Assembly: GCA_051530055.1 (NCBI GenBank) | Contig: CM121343.1 | Coordinates: 900,389-964,388, forward strand | DNA from: Neoechinorhynchus agilis | Lineage: Eukaryota > Animalia > Acanthocephala | Direction of reading: 5' to 3' | DNA: 64,000 nucleotides | In this document: in pieces, positions 11,499 to 24,433 of the stretch | How the letters are laid out: every line of letters begins with the position of its first letter | Numbering within the stretch: the first letter of the stretch is position 1 | The notes under the pieces: model-generated | Seen by the model: only the letters and a program-made list of their open reading frames with translations | Database searches by the model: none | What the model was told of the DNA's origin: nothing | Program-made: the position numbers and the translations under genes

Positions 11499-12650
11499 AT
11501 GACTAATGAATCTGACAACGTAAAAAAGGATGATACCGGTTCAGACGAAATGCCATGCTATAGGGTTATACTTGGAAACTCTTTAAAGAAGCCATCGGCT
11601 ATAATGATGCACGTTCTTCAATGTTAGTATTATCAAAGTACTCATTTCCAATTTGGACAAAGTCTCTATAGCTGATGAATTCGATGCAGAATCATTAGAG
11701 TTCGCTAAAAACAAAATTGGTCACATATCGATGAAAGCCGGCGAAGTGGATCATGTAATTATGGAATTAGAAGATCAGCAAAACGTATGTTAATGTTTTC
11801 ATTGATTTTTAAGATTATAACATTTAGCCGAGTGTAAGAGAAACGTATGAAGGTATTGTTCAAACTTACTCAGATCAGATGTGTGTATTAATCACCGATC
11901 ATCGCGAAAAGACGGTTACTATTGAGCGACTTGGAAGTTGCTTCAATTTGAAGCGGAAGCGGTTTATATATACATTTTGGTGCCGATATAATTTTCACTT
12001 ATGCTATCTGTAGACTGTCTACGGGTCCAGAAAAAAAGAAATTTCAAAACGATAAGTTGTCAGCTGTCGCATGCAATGAACATTCAACTGCGAGTTCGCC
12101 GCGAAAATCGCTTGAAGTACAGCCTTGCAATGTCAGAAAGCAGACCAAAAAAGGTTATTTACGGTTGGATTTTTAATTAAAAGATATCGATTAAGAAGGT
12201 GATATAAGTGCAAATAAATCAAGTTCATCAAATGAATCCTTTGATCTGAGTGATATCGAACTAAGCGAAGATGAAGAAGACCCAGAATTAGAGATGAATT
12301 GTGAAAATGACGAAGCCTCATGTCCGGATGCAAACCAAGTTACGAGCGTGATTTCCGTCAAAAAATATTGACCTCGATTTCAATTAGGATGATGATGATG
12401 ATAATGCAACTGTGGAATCAGATCACACTTCGATTGACAATGAAGTCGAAGATCAATGTGTCGATCAAGATGAGAAAGTCGAGAAGCAGGAATGGGAAAT
12501 GTCGGATGAGGAGAATACTCAACAACTCCTCGCACACCGTGAGTTAGATCTTTTATCTTAGATTTTACGAAGTTTTTAGTCGATGTGAGCACTAGTAGCG
12601 ACGACGAGGAAACTGGCGAATACGAGGATGGAAAAGTATACGAATTATGA
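11499..12650 (+). CDS. EAF: ELL-associated factor (EAF1/2 family), ~7 exons
   Basis: Spliced model: CYRVILGNSLKKPSAIMMHVLQ..EFDAESLE / PSVRETYEGIVQTYSDQMCVLITDHREKTVTIERLGSCFNLKRK aligns with EAF1 (LRLGESFEK..FHTIRYDF / [36 protein letters not shown]). Acidic Ser/Asp tail. Introns are ~40-50 nt GT-AG. Confidence 0.78.
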
Positions 12651-12759
12651 ATCCCCGGTAATGCCTTTAAGAATTAGTCTAATAAACATCATTTACACTT
12701 TGACATAATTGCATAACGAATTGTGGAAATTATATTTAGTTTGATTATAGGAAGTGTGG

Positions 12760-12962
12760 CACCCAATTAAACTGCAATTCTTAGGCTCTCCAGCGCACAA
12801 ACTTGTGATCGATTGGTACCTAGAAGGTCTTATCCATGAGAGGAATAAGTTCCGTTTCTCCGATTCCTCTGTGATACCCTGGGCTGCAAAATGGTAGCTG
12901 GGTTGTTGTTTGTAAGTGACCCAGGTATCTTGGCTTTCCACGATAGCTCGAATTGGGGCCAC
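12760..12962 (-). mobile_element. Ty3/Gypsy gag N-terminal remnant
   Basis: QDTWVTYKQQPSYHFAAQGITEESEKRNLFLSWI..SRYQSITSLCAGEPK matches the Gypsy Gag pattern W..Y.e....yF.An.i.....K...fLs..G...Y.li.sL..p.kp. Confidence 0.6.
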
Positions 12963-13739
12963 ACGCTCGTTGTTTTTTTACTGTCCCGCATCATTAATCG
13001 TTCAAGAAGTTGCTGTTGTTGCAGCAATATTGTTTGCCACTTGTGGTACCCTGCACGGCGTTTAGACACTCTGGTCATTTGGCACCGTAGCGCAGGACCC
13101 AATTGTCCAAGAGAATCAAGATGATCTGAGGACAGGAGAATTCCTTCTGCAAAACATAAGCTTGGCTCCTCAACACGGAGGAACGCTGCATCCGTCCTTT
13201 CGACCATTACACCAAGAAGGCTTCAGATGGGCTTTTATCTTTTAAATTTGAACACCTTGTATAATCCGTTGCAATGGGCTTAACCCGCTTTAACATTTAG
13301 GGGAATAGGCGTCATGGAGTTAATTAACACGTTAAAAGGAAAATTCACTGAAGCTGATGAGAAAGCTTTCGGGATGTTTTATCCGGGATGTCTCTTGATG
13401 ATTTTCTTGGTGGCTGACATCTTAGAAAACTAATTAAAAAAGACTCATAAAGATATGAAATCTTAAGCATCGTCCTAAGAGAAAGACAAGTACTCATCTC
13501 GGGATTAAAAATCAATCAATTAAGCTCTTTCATTCTTCAAACAAAGAAAGGAATGTGAACCAATCAGACAAATGGAGAACGTGGCATTCGATGAGTCTAT
13601 AAATTAGGGAAAGAATGATATTTCTCAAAATGATTCACCAGAACAGTTTAAAAGGCATTAAGAACGAGTGGGGTATTTTGACCGTTTTTGGCTAAAAGGA
13701 AAATGAAGCGGCTCGGAAAACCACACCAAAAGCGACGAG

Positions 13740-14040
13740 ATTAATTGCCTTTCACACAATATTTCGTCCGTCTCGTCGAACTTCTTCAGATCTAAAAGTG
13801 ACTGAAGAAGTCCGTAGAGACGGACGAAATATTGAGAATTAATGTCTATCTTCGCAATTATAAAACAATCCACGATAACAACTTTTTTACTACAGTAACT
13901 AATCGGCATCATTTGTCCTCTGAATATGCTGATATTCTCCGATATTAATTTCTTAAGACCTGATTCGGTTTTTCGCGAACGCACCAAAATCGCTTTCCGA
14001 ATCCTTCCCTTGAATTCCGTGAGTCCGGTTGTGACGTAGC
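13740..14040. repeat. ~300-bp near-identical inverted duplicate of 34036-34334, containing a 78-nt hairpin
   Basis: The same translated string VRSRKTESGLKK...CERQLI appears in ORFs 13658-13987(-) and 33938-34390(+); direct sequence comparison agrees. Confidence 0.92.
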
Positions 14041-14667
14041 GAGGCCGGAATATTGAGAATTAATCAGAAAATCCATATCGGGATGCTAAATTTTGACTTG
14101 TGTGGTGAAGATAATCACCCGGTTACAAATCATTTTATTGTACTGAAAAATTTCGAAAGAAGAAACTTCGCCTCGACAATCATTGTAAGTTGTTTCCAGA
14201 TCAAATTGAAAGCTATAAAGCTGTTTTTCGCAGTGAGAGATCGTTAGCGAGATAAGGCGCGGTTTCCTCTTTCGAAATATTTCAGTACAATAAAATGTCC
14301 TATCCAATTGTTCATTCGAGTGGATGTATATTCTCAATGGCGAATTGTAACACACTCGAGTTTTATTGAACTCTTCACGGCGAATTTTCAAGGCGTCAGC
14401 CTCAAGCGCCCACAAATTCCTCCTTTTCGTTCAATTCTGCAGCTGTCGTCGTGATTGTTCGGCAGCTTCCTTGATGGCCGCGTTGGATCACCGCGCTGAT
14501 TCGCTACAACAGGAAGCTGCTGGAGCGCACGTCGCCGGTGGCATATTTCCAAGTCGGGAAAGGAAATAATCGGCTTCTTTTCGGAGGCATCCCACCGCAA
14601 TCGGGATGAATATATATTGATGCCCGAGAAAATTGTTGGTTAATAAGATCGAAAGCAAAACTTCGCC

Positions 14668-17600
14668 ACTTTTCCTGAGATCAGCTTCGATTTTTATTTA
14701 GCGTCTGTTGAGCTTAGTCGGATACATCTTTTTAAGTGTAAATAAAGTTATAATAACACGATTATTGCTAAAAATACAAATAGGTCCTCATAAGCATTCG
14801 AGTTCACACTTGTTTAAAAATATCCGGTCGGGGGATGTCCGTTCGGGTGAGAATATCCGGCTGGATGGTCCGTTATGGTTAGAATTGGTTGTTATTGTTT
14901 GCAAGAGCGCTTTTAAGGTTGGTCTTTCCTAGGGTTCATTTAAGGGAGGCTTCAAGTCTGTAAAGACGGATGATGTTTAATCGGAAGCCAACTTTTTATT
15001 TAAAGTTTTAATATTTGTTTACAAAAATAAAAGTGAAATTATAACTTCTTACAGATCTACCAGCCATGCAGTTCGGTCGAAGCGTGTGATAAGATGATTA
15101 ATTATTTATTCGAGATTCTTATACTATAAATTTTTAACTGTTTGGAAAGTGATCTTGCGTATTTGGAATTGTCAGTGATAAGAATTTTACTGTCGGTTAA
15201 CGGTTTATTTTTGTCTCAATAACAATAATATGTCCAAGTTATCTAAAATTCAAATGTCTCTTTGTACTCCCGATTTAAAAAATCTAACGATAAAGATCAT
15301 TTTTTACGGCAAAAAATTAGTTCGTTGCCTTCTTGTCTTTTTTATAACTTAATGGTTCATTCATTTTCTTGATTGAGGATTTATCAAGTACTTTAATATT
15401 ACTTATCTTGCCGCTTTGTAGGTTCCCGGCCGTTTCTGCATGTTGCCTCCTTTTCTCTTTTGGTTTTTCCAGCTTCATATTCTCCATAGCTTTTTGCATC
15501 TTATTCACATCTTGCTGAGTTATTTCCAAAATATATTGCATTGGATTGGCCATAGTAGCTTCTCCGGCAACCATTTCCTCGACAGGTGATTTCTCATTTC
15601 TTTCATTTAATATCTATTATTTTTATTCATTAATGCGTTAAAACGGAAGGTAGGTTTTTGCTTACTTTCAAAACATTTTCAAATGAGTAATCAATGGATT
15701 CGTCAAGACCTTGCTCGAGAGCTTTTTGTCGCAATAATTTCATCTTTTCCAATGCCCATAATGCCATGTCTTTAAAGGTCGCTTCGCTATTCGGCTAAAG
15801 AAGAAGATAAAAGACCGAAAACCTAATGATTTTTACTGATTTTTCTCAAAAGGATCAAAAACAACTGATACTTTATATCACTTTTCTTTAGCACTCTAAA
15901 TTATCATCAATATTTTTGTAATGTATTTTGTTATTAGCTATTTTGAAAAATCGTTGTTCAAATTAACCATTGGGTGATTGTAGCTTTAAACTTTTAAATA
16001 TAAAAAATTAAAGTACTGGTTAAAGAATGGTCCCTTCTTATGGTCACCATTTTGCCAGGAAATTTTATGTATTTCTCTTTGGGGATTTCGCCTAAAAGCC
16101 CGCAAAGTTACCGCCGAGCAGCACTCTCCCTTCGCTTGCACTCACCGAATCGTCTTCGAGGCCAGCTCGAACCAATGTTTTTTTAATGTTCATCATCAGT
16201 ATGTCCACAAAATATTTGACACACTGTTCTATATTTATATGGTCCATTGCATTTATTCGCTCTTCGGTTTTTCTCTCATTTTCTAGCACCTTATCTGCCA
16301 CACTGGACAGTAAAACAACCAAAATGAGTAGAGTATTGTTTAAAAAAAGTCTTACATGTTCCTAAGTTGCTCAAAACATTCGCATGTCGCATTCTTGCCG
16401 TTGTCTTCATATCTTCTTTGTTGAACGTTTAATTCGGTTTCTATTCTGTCTTTTGATAGAAACTGGCGAAGTAACGCTCGGTTTTCCTGTGTCTTATCCA
16501 ACTTTTGCAACAATTTATTTGGTGAGAACTATACGATAGAGGTTTTGGTGTACATGAGAGCGCCGGGGATTAAACTAAAAACGCAAGTCAAAGGTCTTTT
16601 GCTCTACACATTAATTATCCGTTTGCAATAAATCGGTACCACATATTCTCTTAGAGGGACTCATCGGAAATCTAACAATTTTAATTTTGCTAAGGAGATA
16701 TTTACCTCAAGATCCGGTTCGATGCCATTATGGGCCAAAAGTAAGCTCATTTCATGGCTAAGTATTTGCTGTGTCAATGATTTTGTTGGACGTTCGTCTA
16801 AACATTTCCCGATTAAAATAAGCAATTGCCGCATATCATCCACTCTTACGTTTTGCTTCAAAGTTATTAATTTTGTGATTGGCTACAAATCTCATTCTTG
16901 CGGTCACATCTCTATTGGCCAAGTCTTCAGCAATTTTCAGTTGTTTATCATTTTGTTCGTTGACCGTTACGGCGTTCGTCGTTTCTATCAAACGCTTTTC
17001 AAAATCTGATTTCAATTTTGTGTACTCTTCCCATAATCTTGAATTGTAATTTATAAGGTCAGACATCTCTTTCTCTTCTTGCATTGAATCTTCTTCACTT
17101 AAAATCTCCTCCCTTGCTGAAATCTCACTCATTAAATAAGATGTCGCCTGATTGTTTAACGAAGAGTGAAAACTACACTAAAACTGAGAACTTCTACTCA
17201 CCGATTCAATGACACTTTTCAATCTTTCCGTGAAGTTAACGGCGTTACTTATAAATTGACATCGGGATCCACGTGATAATTGGTACCGCCCGTTTTTTCT
17301 ACCACGACGCCTATGCCTTCTTGGAAAAGTATTCTCGCCGCGGACGTTATTCTGAATGTTTCGGACGAGCTGCGAATCTTTCTTCGTTTCAACAATGCAA
17401 TGTTTTAATTCTTTAGTTCTAGATCTTAGTCTTGTTAATTTCTGTACTTGATCCGCAAATGTACTGTTCAGCAAATTGAGGACTTTCTATATGCAAATTG
17501 TGATATGTTTGTGAAAGTTCAAAAGAACTAATGGTTTATCAGAACTCGAGTTACTAATGCTACTTTTTAATCAGGGACGTTTTTAATATAAAATGATTCT

Positions 17601-19325
17601 CATCTCCAAATTATTTAATCGTCGGATTCCATTTCTTAAGTATTTACATTCTTATAGAATTCCACGAATTTTAGGTCCCTGAAAGCCGTGACGTGCAATG
17701 TCTATTTCATTTGCAATTTGAAAGCGAGGTACTATATTTTCATATCTACAAGATTCTTTAAAAGTTCATCTTCTGTAAACTTCAAATTCGTGGAAAAAAA
17801 TCGGAACTAGGCATTAAAATACGACTCACCAAAAACAATTTCTTGAACATTTTATTCATGTTATTAAAATTTAGATCTAAAAATGTTTACCTCATATCCG
17901 GATATTGGTTTTATATGTTTCATATCCAAATCACTTAAAAGGATAGCAATGTCTTCGGCCTACAAATCATTTTAAATTCAACGCATCATTCTATCGCGTG
18001 ATTTCACTTACGCTTTTTAATCCGAAAAATGGAACACAATCTTTATAAATGGCATTCTTCTTTTCGATTATGGCATTTCCGCTAATCAATTTTTCCTTTG
18101 TTAACTCGCTTTTCTTTTCGGCTCTACTCAACTCGATTTCTATAGACGATAACAACTTTTATGTTCATTTTTAATAAACAATCAATTACCCTTGTCGTCC
18201 AGAATCAATTTGGTCAAATATTTCTCATCCTCCAAATTTATTTGTTTTCTGTGTACAAATCCTGAGATATTCTTGCTTTTTTCAGCAATCTTCATTTTAG
18301 CCAAATTGACCATTGTCAGAATTTTATCGTAGTAATTTTAAAAACTAAGATCGGTTACCTAGGAAACACTTTTAAAGAGTAAACCGTCGTTGACATTTTA
18401 AGAACGCAACTTAGAAATAATGAACTTTCTCAAAGTTTTAATGCCGTATTTAAAACGAATTTATGAACGCAATTTCTTCATGAAAAGAGAGCAAATCGCA
18501 AAACGAAAGGGATGAGTTAGATAGATGATTCGGAATAATAAGCGTTTATTTATATATTTTAGATTTTTATCACTGAAGGCTCTGTTGATTTCAAGAGAAA
18601 ATGCTTTAAAAAGTATCTACACAGTTCGATGGTTTCTCCGAATCGCGTGTGTTTAGCAAACGGACTAAAAAGGGACATTTGAATTTTAATAAACTTCAGC
18701 ACATTGTTGTTATTCGAGAATAAATAAACCGTGAATCAAAAGTAAAATTCTTATCAGCAAAAATTCCGAATACGTAAAATCACCTCTGAAACGGTTAAAC
18801 AATTAAAGTTTATGCATCTTCTTTAATTTCTCGGATTTATGAAATTCCTCCGTTTTCGATAATCCCCCCGATGAATTTCTTTTTGGCAAAAATGCGAAGA
18901 ACTTTTGAATCTCCATTGCACTTCGTCTCAAAATGTTCTTGAATTATTTTGCCTCGCGGCGGGCAATACTTCTAGTTAAAAACAACTACTTTGTGATTAT
19001 TAATAAGGTTCTCGACCAATTGTTTCTAAAATTGAATTCAACATTCCGACTTCTGAGCAAGTTTGTGTTTGGCTTGCGATTTCTTGGTTTTGCGTAACAT
19101 CGAAATCAATTTACCATTTGTGTTCATTTTATTAAGATCCAATCACCCGACTATACATTTTCCATTGAGAAATATTCTCGGCATTGTTCGGTTGCTATTG
19201 CAAATAGTGGCTATGTGATTATTTATCTATCTGCAGTTTTCGATTTGATTAAATTTAATGATATTTTTATCTTCGATTTGATATCGATTTAATACTCTCT
19301 TAACGAATACATGCCAGGCTCTTAC
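14668..19325. repeat. Inverted segmental duplication, copy A (partner 47098-55712)
   Basis: Five ORF pairs mirror exactly (x + y = 70353). Homology continues to ~18803 <-> 51522 and ~18803-19325 <-> 47703-47098. Confidence 0.95.
15317..18360 (-). CDS. Unidentified multi-exon coiled-coil-rich gene, copy A
   Basis: A series of short open segments bounded by GT/AG, e.g. EIELSRAEKKSELTKEKL, YENIVPRFQIANEIDIARHG, LWEEYTKLKSDFEKRL, PNSEATFKDMALWALEKMK. No family recognised and the exon chain is not fully resolved. Confidence 0.5.
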
Positions 19326-19370
19326 CAAACATTACGATTTTGTGAATCTTATGCAATTAATCGATTGATT
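18805..19370 (-). pseudogene. Two-domain glutaredoxin pseudogene, copy A
   Basis: HKIVMFGKS..., RTMPRIFLNGKCI.G..DL....NGKL, then VENLINNHKVVVFN*KYCP..., IFAKKKFIGG. Contains stops and a deletion joining TATTGCCCG to CCGC. Confidence 0.7.
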
Positions 19371-19574
19371 TTTTTGTATTCTCCTTTTTCTCATTTAGAT
19401 TTTCCTCGATCGGGGTTCGATTTCGCTGATTATCTCCAAAAAAGAATTTCAACGCCGCCTCCAATGCATTTCTGATTTAATCGCAATAAAATACGTTTTA
19501 TCCGGGATGTCTCTTGATGATTTTCCTGCATGAAGTTTTTAATTTAATAAAGATTTACATCTGAAGGTTTTTTG

Positions 19575-20040
19575 AGAATTGTCGACCTGACGGAATTTCG
19601 GTCTTTCCGTGGTGGGATGGCAAATGCCTTTTCTGGGACGCCACGTGTGTGGACACCCCCGCAGTAAGCAACATTCCCTACTCGCTCGAAATCGCTGGAG
19701 GTGCAGCCAGTGCAGCAGAAGGGAAGAAGGTACGAAAATATAGAGAATTAGCAAGGGCCCACTATTTTGTTCCCTTCGGAGTAGAGACGTATGGAGCGCT
19801 TGGCAGCTCGGCACTCTGCTCCAGGATCTTTAGAAGAAATTGAGAAACGACCGGCGACGCACGAGCAGGTGTATTTCTGCGACAAAATATCTCGCTCGCA
19901 GTACAACGAGGCAATGCTGCTAGCGTGATAGAGACAGCCGAGGAAGGAGAGAAGCTCCAATTTTGCGGACGGTGGTGATTGCACGTTTTGTGCCTTATTA
20001 AGTTTATGATTAAAAAAATTTTACTTTTTGCATAAGTTTT
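19575..20040 (+). mobile_element. CRE-clade non-LTR retrotransposon 3' fragment (restriction-like endonuclease)
   Basis: RPDGISVFPWWDGKCLFWDATCVDT...AASAAEGKKVRKYRELARAHYFVPFGVETYGALG...LAVQRGNAASV, followed by an A/T-rich tail. Confidence 0.85.
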
Positions 20041-20999
20041 TTAAAAAAATGTTTTCTTTTCATTTAAAAGGTATAATTTAATAGCGATTTTAAACTTGTA
20101 CCGATTTGCGAACGCGTCCTTTTTGCGAGATCTAAACCAATTTCCACGCCTTCGTTAGAGTTTAGTTATTGTTTGTGTGTTTGGCTTAAAAATTAATTTT
20201 TTTTATTGATTCCACCTTGATCAAAACGTGTACAAGATTACGACGGTTCCGAAATATTGGAATCAATAAATTCTTTTAATTTTTACGCCGCACATAAACA
20301 TTTTCACCCTTCCAAACGCATCATGGTGACAGGCTTCGTACTCAATGAATCTGCAGCTTGCTCACGATACTGAAAAATCAATGGTTTCTCTGACGTCATC
20401 GTTGTTTGCACCGACGTTTAACTACGCGAATATATCCGGAAGAAAGTATAATGGCTCGGGCGTAAGAATCGATTACATCGATCTGTCCTTATAAACGACT
20501 CTGCAGTGTACGTTTAAGTCGTTTTGGATAGTTTTTGTGCGCTCCGTAATTAGAATGGGTTCAATGAGCCATTAAAACTTGAATTTGGCGATATAAAATT
20601 AAAAAGGGTCCGTACCCTATTTCTAAAAAGTTGGATTCCAAAGTTCATATAGTTCATAACGGGATTCTTCATACATTGTCTAGATTACTACAATGTTTCT
20701 TGGCTAATGAAGATAAAAACTGGTCTTATGGGTTAAGAAGTTCTCGACGTTATGGGTTACGGTTCTTTCGGGCGCTGCAGTACAGTGAATGCTTTTGCTA
20801 CACTCAATGATTTGGGCATTACGTTGAAAAGTAAGTTGCGAATTTTTTTGTTGGTTTCCATCGGGTAGACGTGCATTGTTGGCTGGTGTCCATGAAGGAG
20901 TACCTTTTTGAGCGTTGTTTTACCCGTCGATCCATCCGGCATTTTTCTAGACATTCTCTCCTCGATCGTCGTTTCTATATATTTGCACAGGTGTGTGTT

Positions 21000-23900
21000 A
21001 TGGTAGATCGAAATGAGGCGATACCTAAAGAAAAGCCTCCTTCAGAGGAGGAAAGCGTCGATGAGGAGTACATTGACGACTCCGATGAGGACGAGAATGC
21101 CATCATCGAAGAGAGTCCGGATGGTCGGTGGCAGCGCCGAAATAGGAAGGTTTGTTAAGTCTAATCCGCCCGTCCGCCTGCGTCCGCATCACAACACAAT
21201 GCTAAGGTGTACGATAACGATCTAGCAGGCTGCGACTCGTGCTGCGCCTATTTGGCAATTGATTCGGACGAGGGAGTCGAGGTTGTATGGAACGAAGTCG
21301 TCATACCATCCAACAACAACAACAACAACCATGATGTAGGTTGTCGTGGTGATCTCAAATTCACGCGACCTTTGTACCCTATTCATTATTAGTACATTGA
21401 AGCGGAATCCCAAATTCAGGCCTTATTCGCCAGCCTTATCCAACTTCAGCATCCAAACATTGTGAAGCTCCATGCTTTCTGGACCGACGGCGTCGTCAAA
21501 AAGCCACCACCGCCTGAGTTGATCAGAATAATATTTATTACCGAACACGCAGATACCGGGTCACTTCGGCAATTCCTACGAAACACCAGAAAAACTGACC
21601 TCAATATTAGCAAGGCTTGTTGGCGTCGCTGGTGTATTCAGGTCCTTTACGCTCTTCAATATCTCCATAATTCGTACCCTCCTGTCGTCCACGGAATGCT
21701 CTCCAGTCAAACTATATTCATCCAAAGTGATGGAGTTCTCAAAATTGGAGTCGGTAAGAAAAACCTCTGCAGCTTCTTCATTGTCTTTTGCAGTCTCGCC
21801 AAGACTCGTTCATCTACACATGACTGGACAATGTAAACGACGGTCCCCGGGAGATGCCTTCTACAGTGCTCCAGAATACTTTGATGATTCTATTGACGAT
21901 GTTCACAATGATGGTTCTATGGAAACAAGCCATAAACTAATGAACATTAGCACTGCAGCCGATATTTATGCATTCGGGATTCTTGCTCTAGAGGTGAGTG
22001 GGGTTCAAACGCCAAGAAAAACTCGCTATGTGACAACCTTATCATTCTCTCTTTTTCATTGTTGGTTTGCGTCCAGGTCGCTGCTTTAATTGGCTTTTTT
22101 ACTCGTAGAATCAATTTTTCCGCGATAAACAATCACAGTTCAAAAATCATTTTGCGGTCTTGTGATCCCTAGAGATAATGTGATTATTTATACAATTAGA
22201 TGCTGACATCAGATTTGTCAACGGCGAAGGCTCGCACTAATTGCAAAGATAATGATTGTCATGAATTCAAAATCAATTTCAACGCTGATTTTGATGCCGT
22301 GGAAAGGGCATGCATTGAGGTGGGTCCCTCCTCTGCTGTAACCTCGTCAGCCTAAAAAACCTTCCATATTTAGCATTTTATAAATAATTGCATCAAGGAG
22401 AAAAGCGAACAACGGGCTACGGCTCTAAGTTTGTTAAACATAGTAATCACTCATTTCGCTTTTCACCAGAGTGTATGTCTGAGTTCAATGAGACAAACAA
22501 GTTACCATTACTAACATCCCCTCCTAGCAGTTTTTTATGGGGGGGGGAATTTGATGATCAAATTCAAGTGCACCATGAACAGTAGTTTTAATCGAGAAAC
22601 ACGCATATTTCAAAGTAAAATACAGTCAAATCATCAGTTAATTGAACCAGCCGCTTATTAGGACCTAATTCTAAAGAACCGAAACAAATGTATTTAAATA
22701 AGTGTAATCTACAATATCTAAAGTCACCGGTTAATCGGACAAAAACGATCGCGTCCCGATGTTGTCCGATATTTCAACCGGAATCGATTGGCACTCTAAA
22801 AACCAAGTGATGAAATCTTAAGCCTTGGATTTTATCGCTCCAAATTTATGATTTCAACCCTTGGTATTTAAAACTACAGTCGATTCCTGTTAAAATATCG
22901 GACCACGCCGGGACGCGGCCGGTTTGGTTCTAGTGAACGGCTGTTCCGATATTAACCCGAATCGAATGTAGTTTTAAAAAGTCTACGATTTCATCACTTG
23001 GTCAAATGACCGGTTAATTGAGCCAGCCGCTGATTCTGACCAAATTCCAGAGAACCGAGATATCAAATCACCGGTTAATCGAACCAAAACGATCGCGTCC
23101 AATTATCGCGTGTAGTAGGGCGTTATACCGTTAAATTTCAACTTGTTTCTGCTTACACCAAAGATTCGTAGAATAAAAGCGATTATGGGTATTTTTAAAA
23201 AATGCTTTCCGGAAAATGTAGATGTTTGTCTAAGCCCTGACGTTCTAGCTCTTATAAGCAACAAAAGACGGTTGCCTGAACGACGGGGAGAACGTTTGGT
23301 TAGATGTTTCTTTGAACAATATTAAAATAATCCCTCTATACAAAAAAAGCTTAACCAAAGTGCAATCAGATTATCCGAAGCGTCCGAAGAGATTAAAGTC
23401 CAAATTTTACTTACCGTGATTTATTAACAAATTTTCGTTAATCCATGTGAGTGATTTCTATATTACAGCATCCTGCGATATTTGAGAGTTACAGTCTGAA
23501 GGTTTTGTCAGCTCATTCAGTTGTTCGGGATTTATCCGATAGGAAGCTCGAGAAGAAGTCTCCAAGCTTGAAATCCACAGCTAATGATTTGTCAACATCA
23601 GACGTGTTCCAAGTTGTTCTTGTGAATGGAAAAAGTGGCGAATCTGGAGAAGGAAGGAGGAAAACGTTTAGCAAACGAGATATTGCGAACTATCCCGATC
23701 CTCCAGTTGAGTTAAGCGACTTTTTGACGGACGTACGCAATGGTCAGTATCCCATGGTGCCATTTACGGCAACGGCGATTGTTTGTGAGCATCACAGTGC
23801 TCGAAACTCCCTAAATGCAGATTCATCACGGAAAATTCGAACATCAATGATGATGATGAACCGCTCTAGATCCAAATCGTGCGACAGCAAACTTAAACTC

Positions 23901-24167
23901 GGATCAACGTTTCCAGAACCTGTATCTAGGCAAATTCCAAGTCTTCGTTCTTGCTATGTCGAAAATGACAAAACTAACCACTCGTTGTTGCGGGTGCATT
24001 TGTTCTTTACGCCCAATTCAAATTGCAACATTTGTGAAGTTATTGCGTTAGTTCAAAAGGACGTAAGAACATCCTTCAATCTTACAACAGAATTAGTCGA
24101 TCGAGGGATTATCAATTTGGACGATGCGAAAATCTTAAGTGACCGACTTAGAACTTATTCTGTCTAA
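21000..24167 (+). CDS. NRBP: Nuclear receptor-binding protein (NRBP/MADM pseudokinase), ~7 exons
   Basis: IIEESPDGRWQRR, AYLAIDSDEGVEVVWNEV, LIQLQHPNIVKLHAFW, RIIFITEH..GSLRQFL, AWRRWCIQVLYALQYLH..YPPVVHG, HPAIFESYSLKVLSAH all match NRBP1. All modelled introns are GT-AG. Confidence 0.92.
22619..23105. mobile_element. Nest of MITE-like direct and inverted repeats in an NRBP intron
   Basis: TACAGTCAAATC/TACAGTCGATTC termini. The unit GTTAATTGA.CCAGCCGC...GAACCGA...TCACCGGTTAATCG.AC.AAAACGATCGCGTCC occurs twice, with internal inverted copies. Confidence 0.6.
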
Positions 24168-24433
24168 AAGGCCGCCGTCATTGAACCGAATTTATTTATA
24201 CATGAAAATAAACGCATTTTTGGGGATTAATCGAAAGAACTTTCATTCGCGTCATGAACAGAAATGCTCTCAGAAGCGAATGCCGTTTGCGTCACCGCGG
24301 AATTATGAAGCGTCGAGTACGAAATTGAAAATGCAAGTGACATTTTGTTTATAAACTTGCGCGGTCAACCCGAAAGAACTTGCAAACAATTTAAAAGAAT
24401 GAACTAAATAACACACGTCACTATTGAACACTT

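Noticed and set aside
19410-19425. GGTTCGA B-box-like motifs (also ~38095, ~49398) as tRNA or SINE
   Set aside because: No cloverleaf or properly spaced A-box was seen.
20757-20954. ORF with GSTGKTT resembling a Ran-like P-loop
   Set aside because: There is no hydrophobic strand before the motif and no G3/G4 boxes downstream. It abuts the NRBP 5' region and is probably chance.
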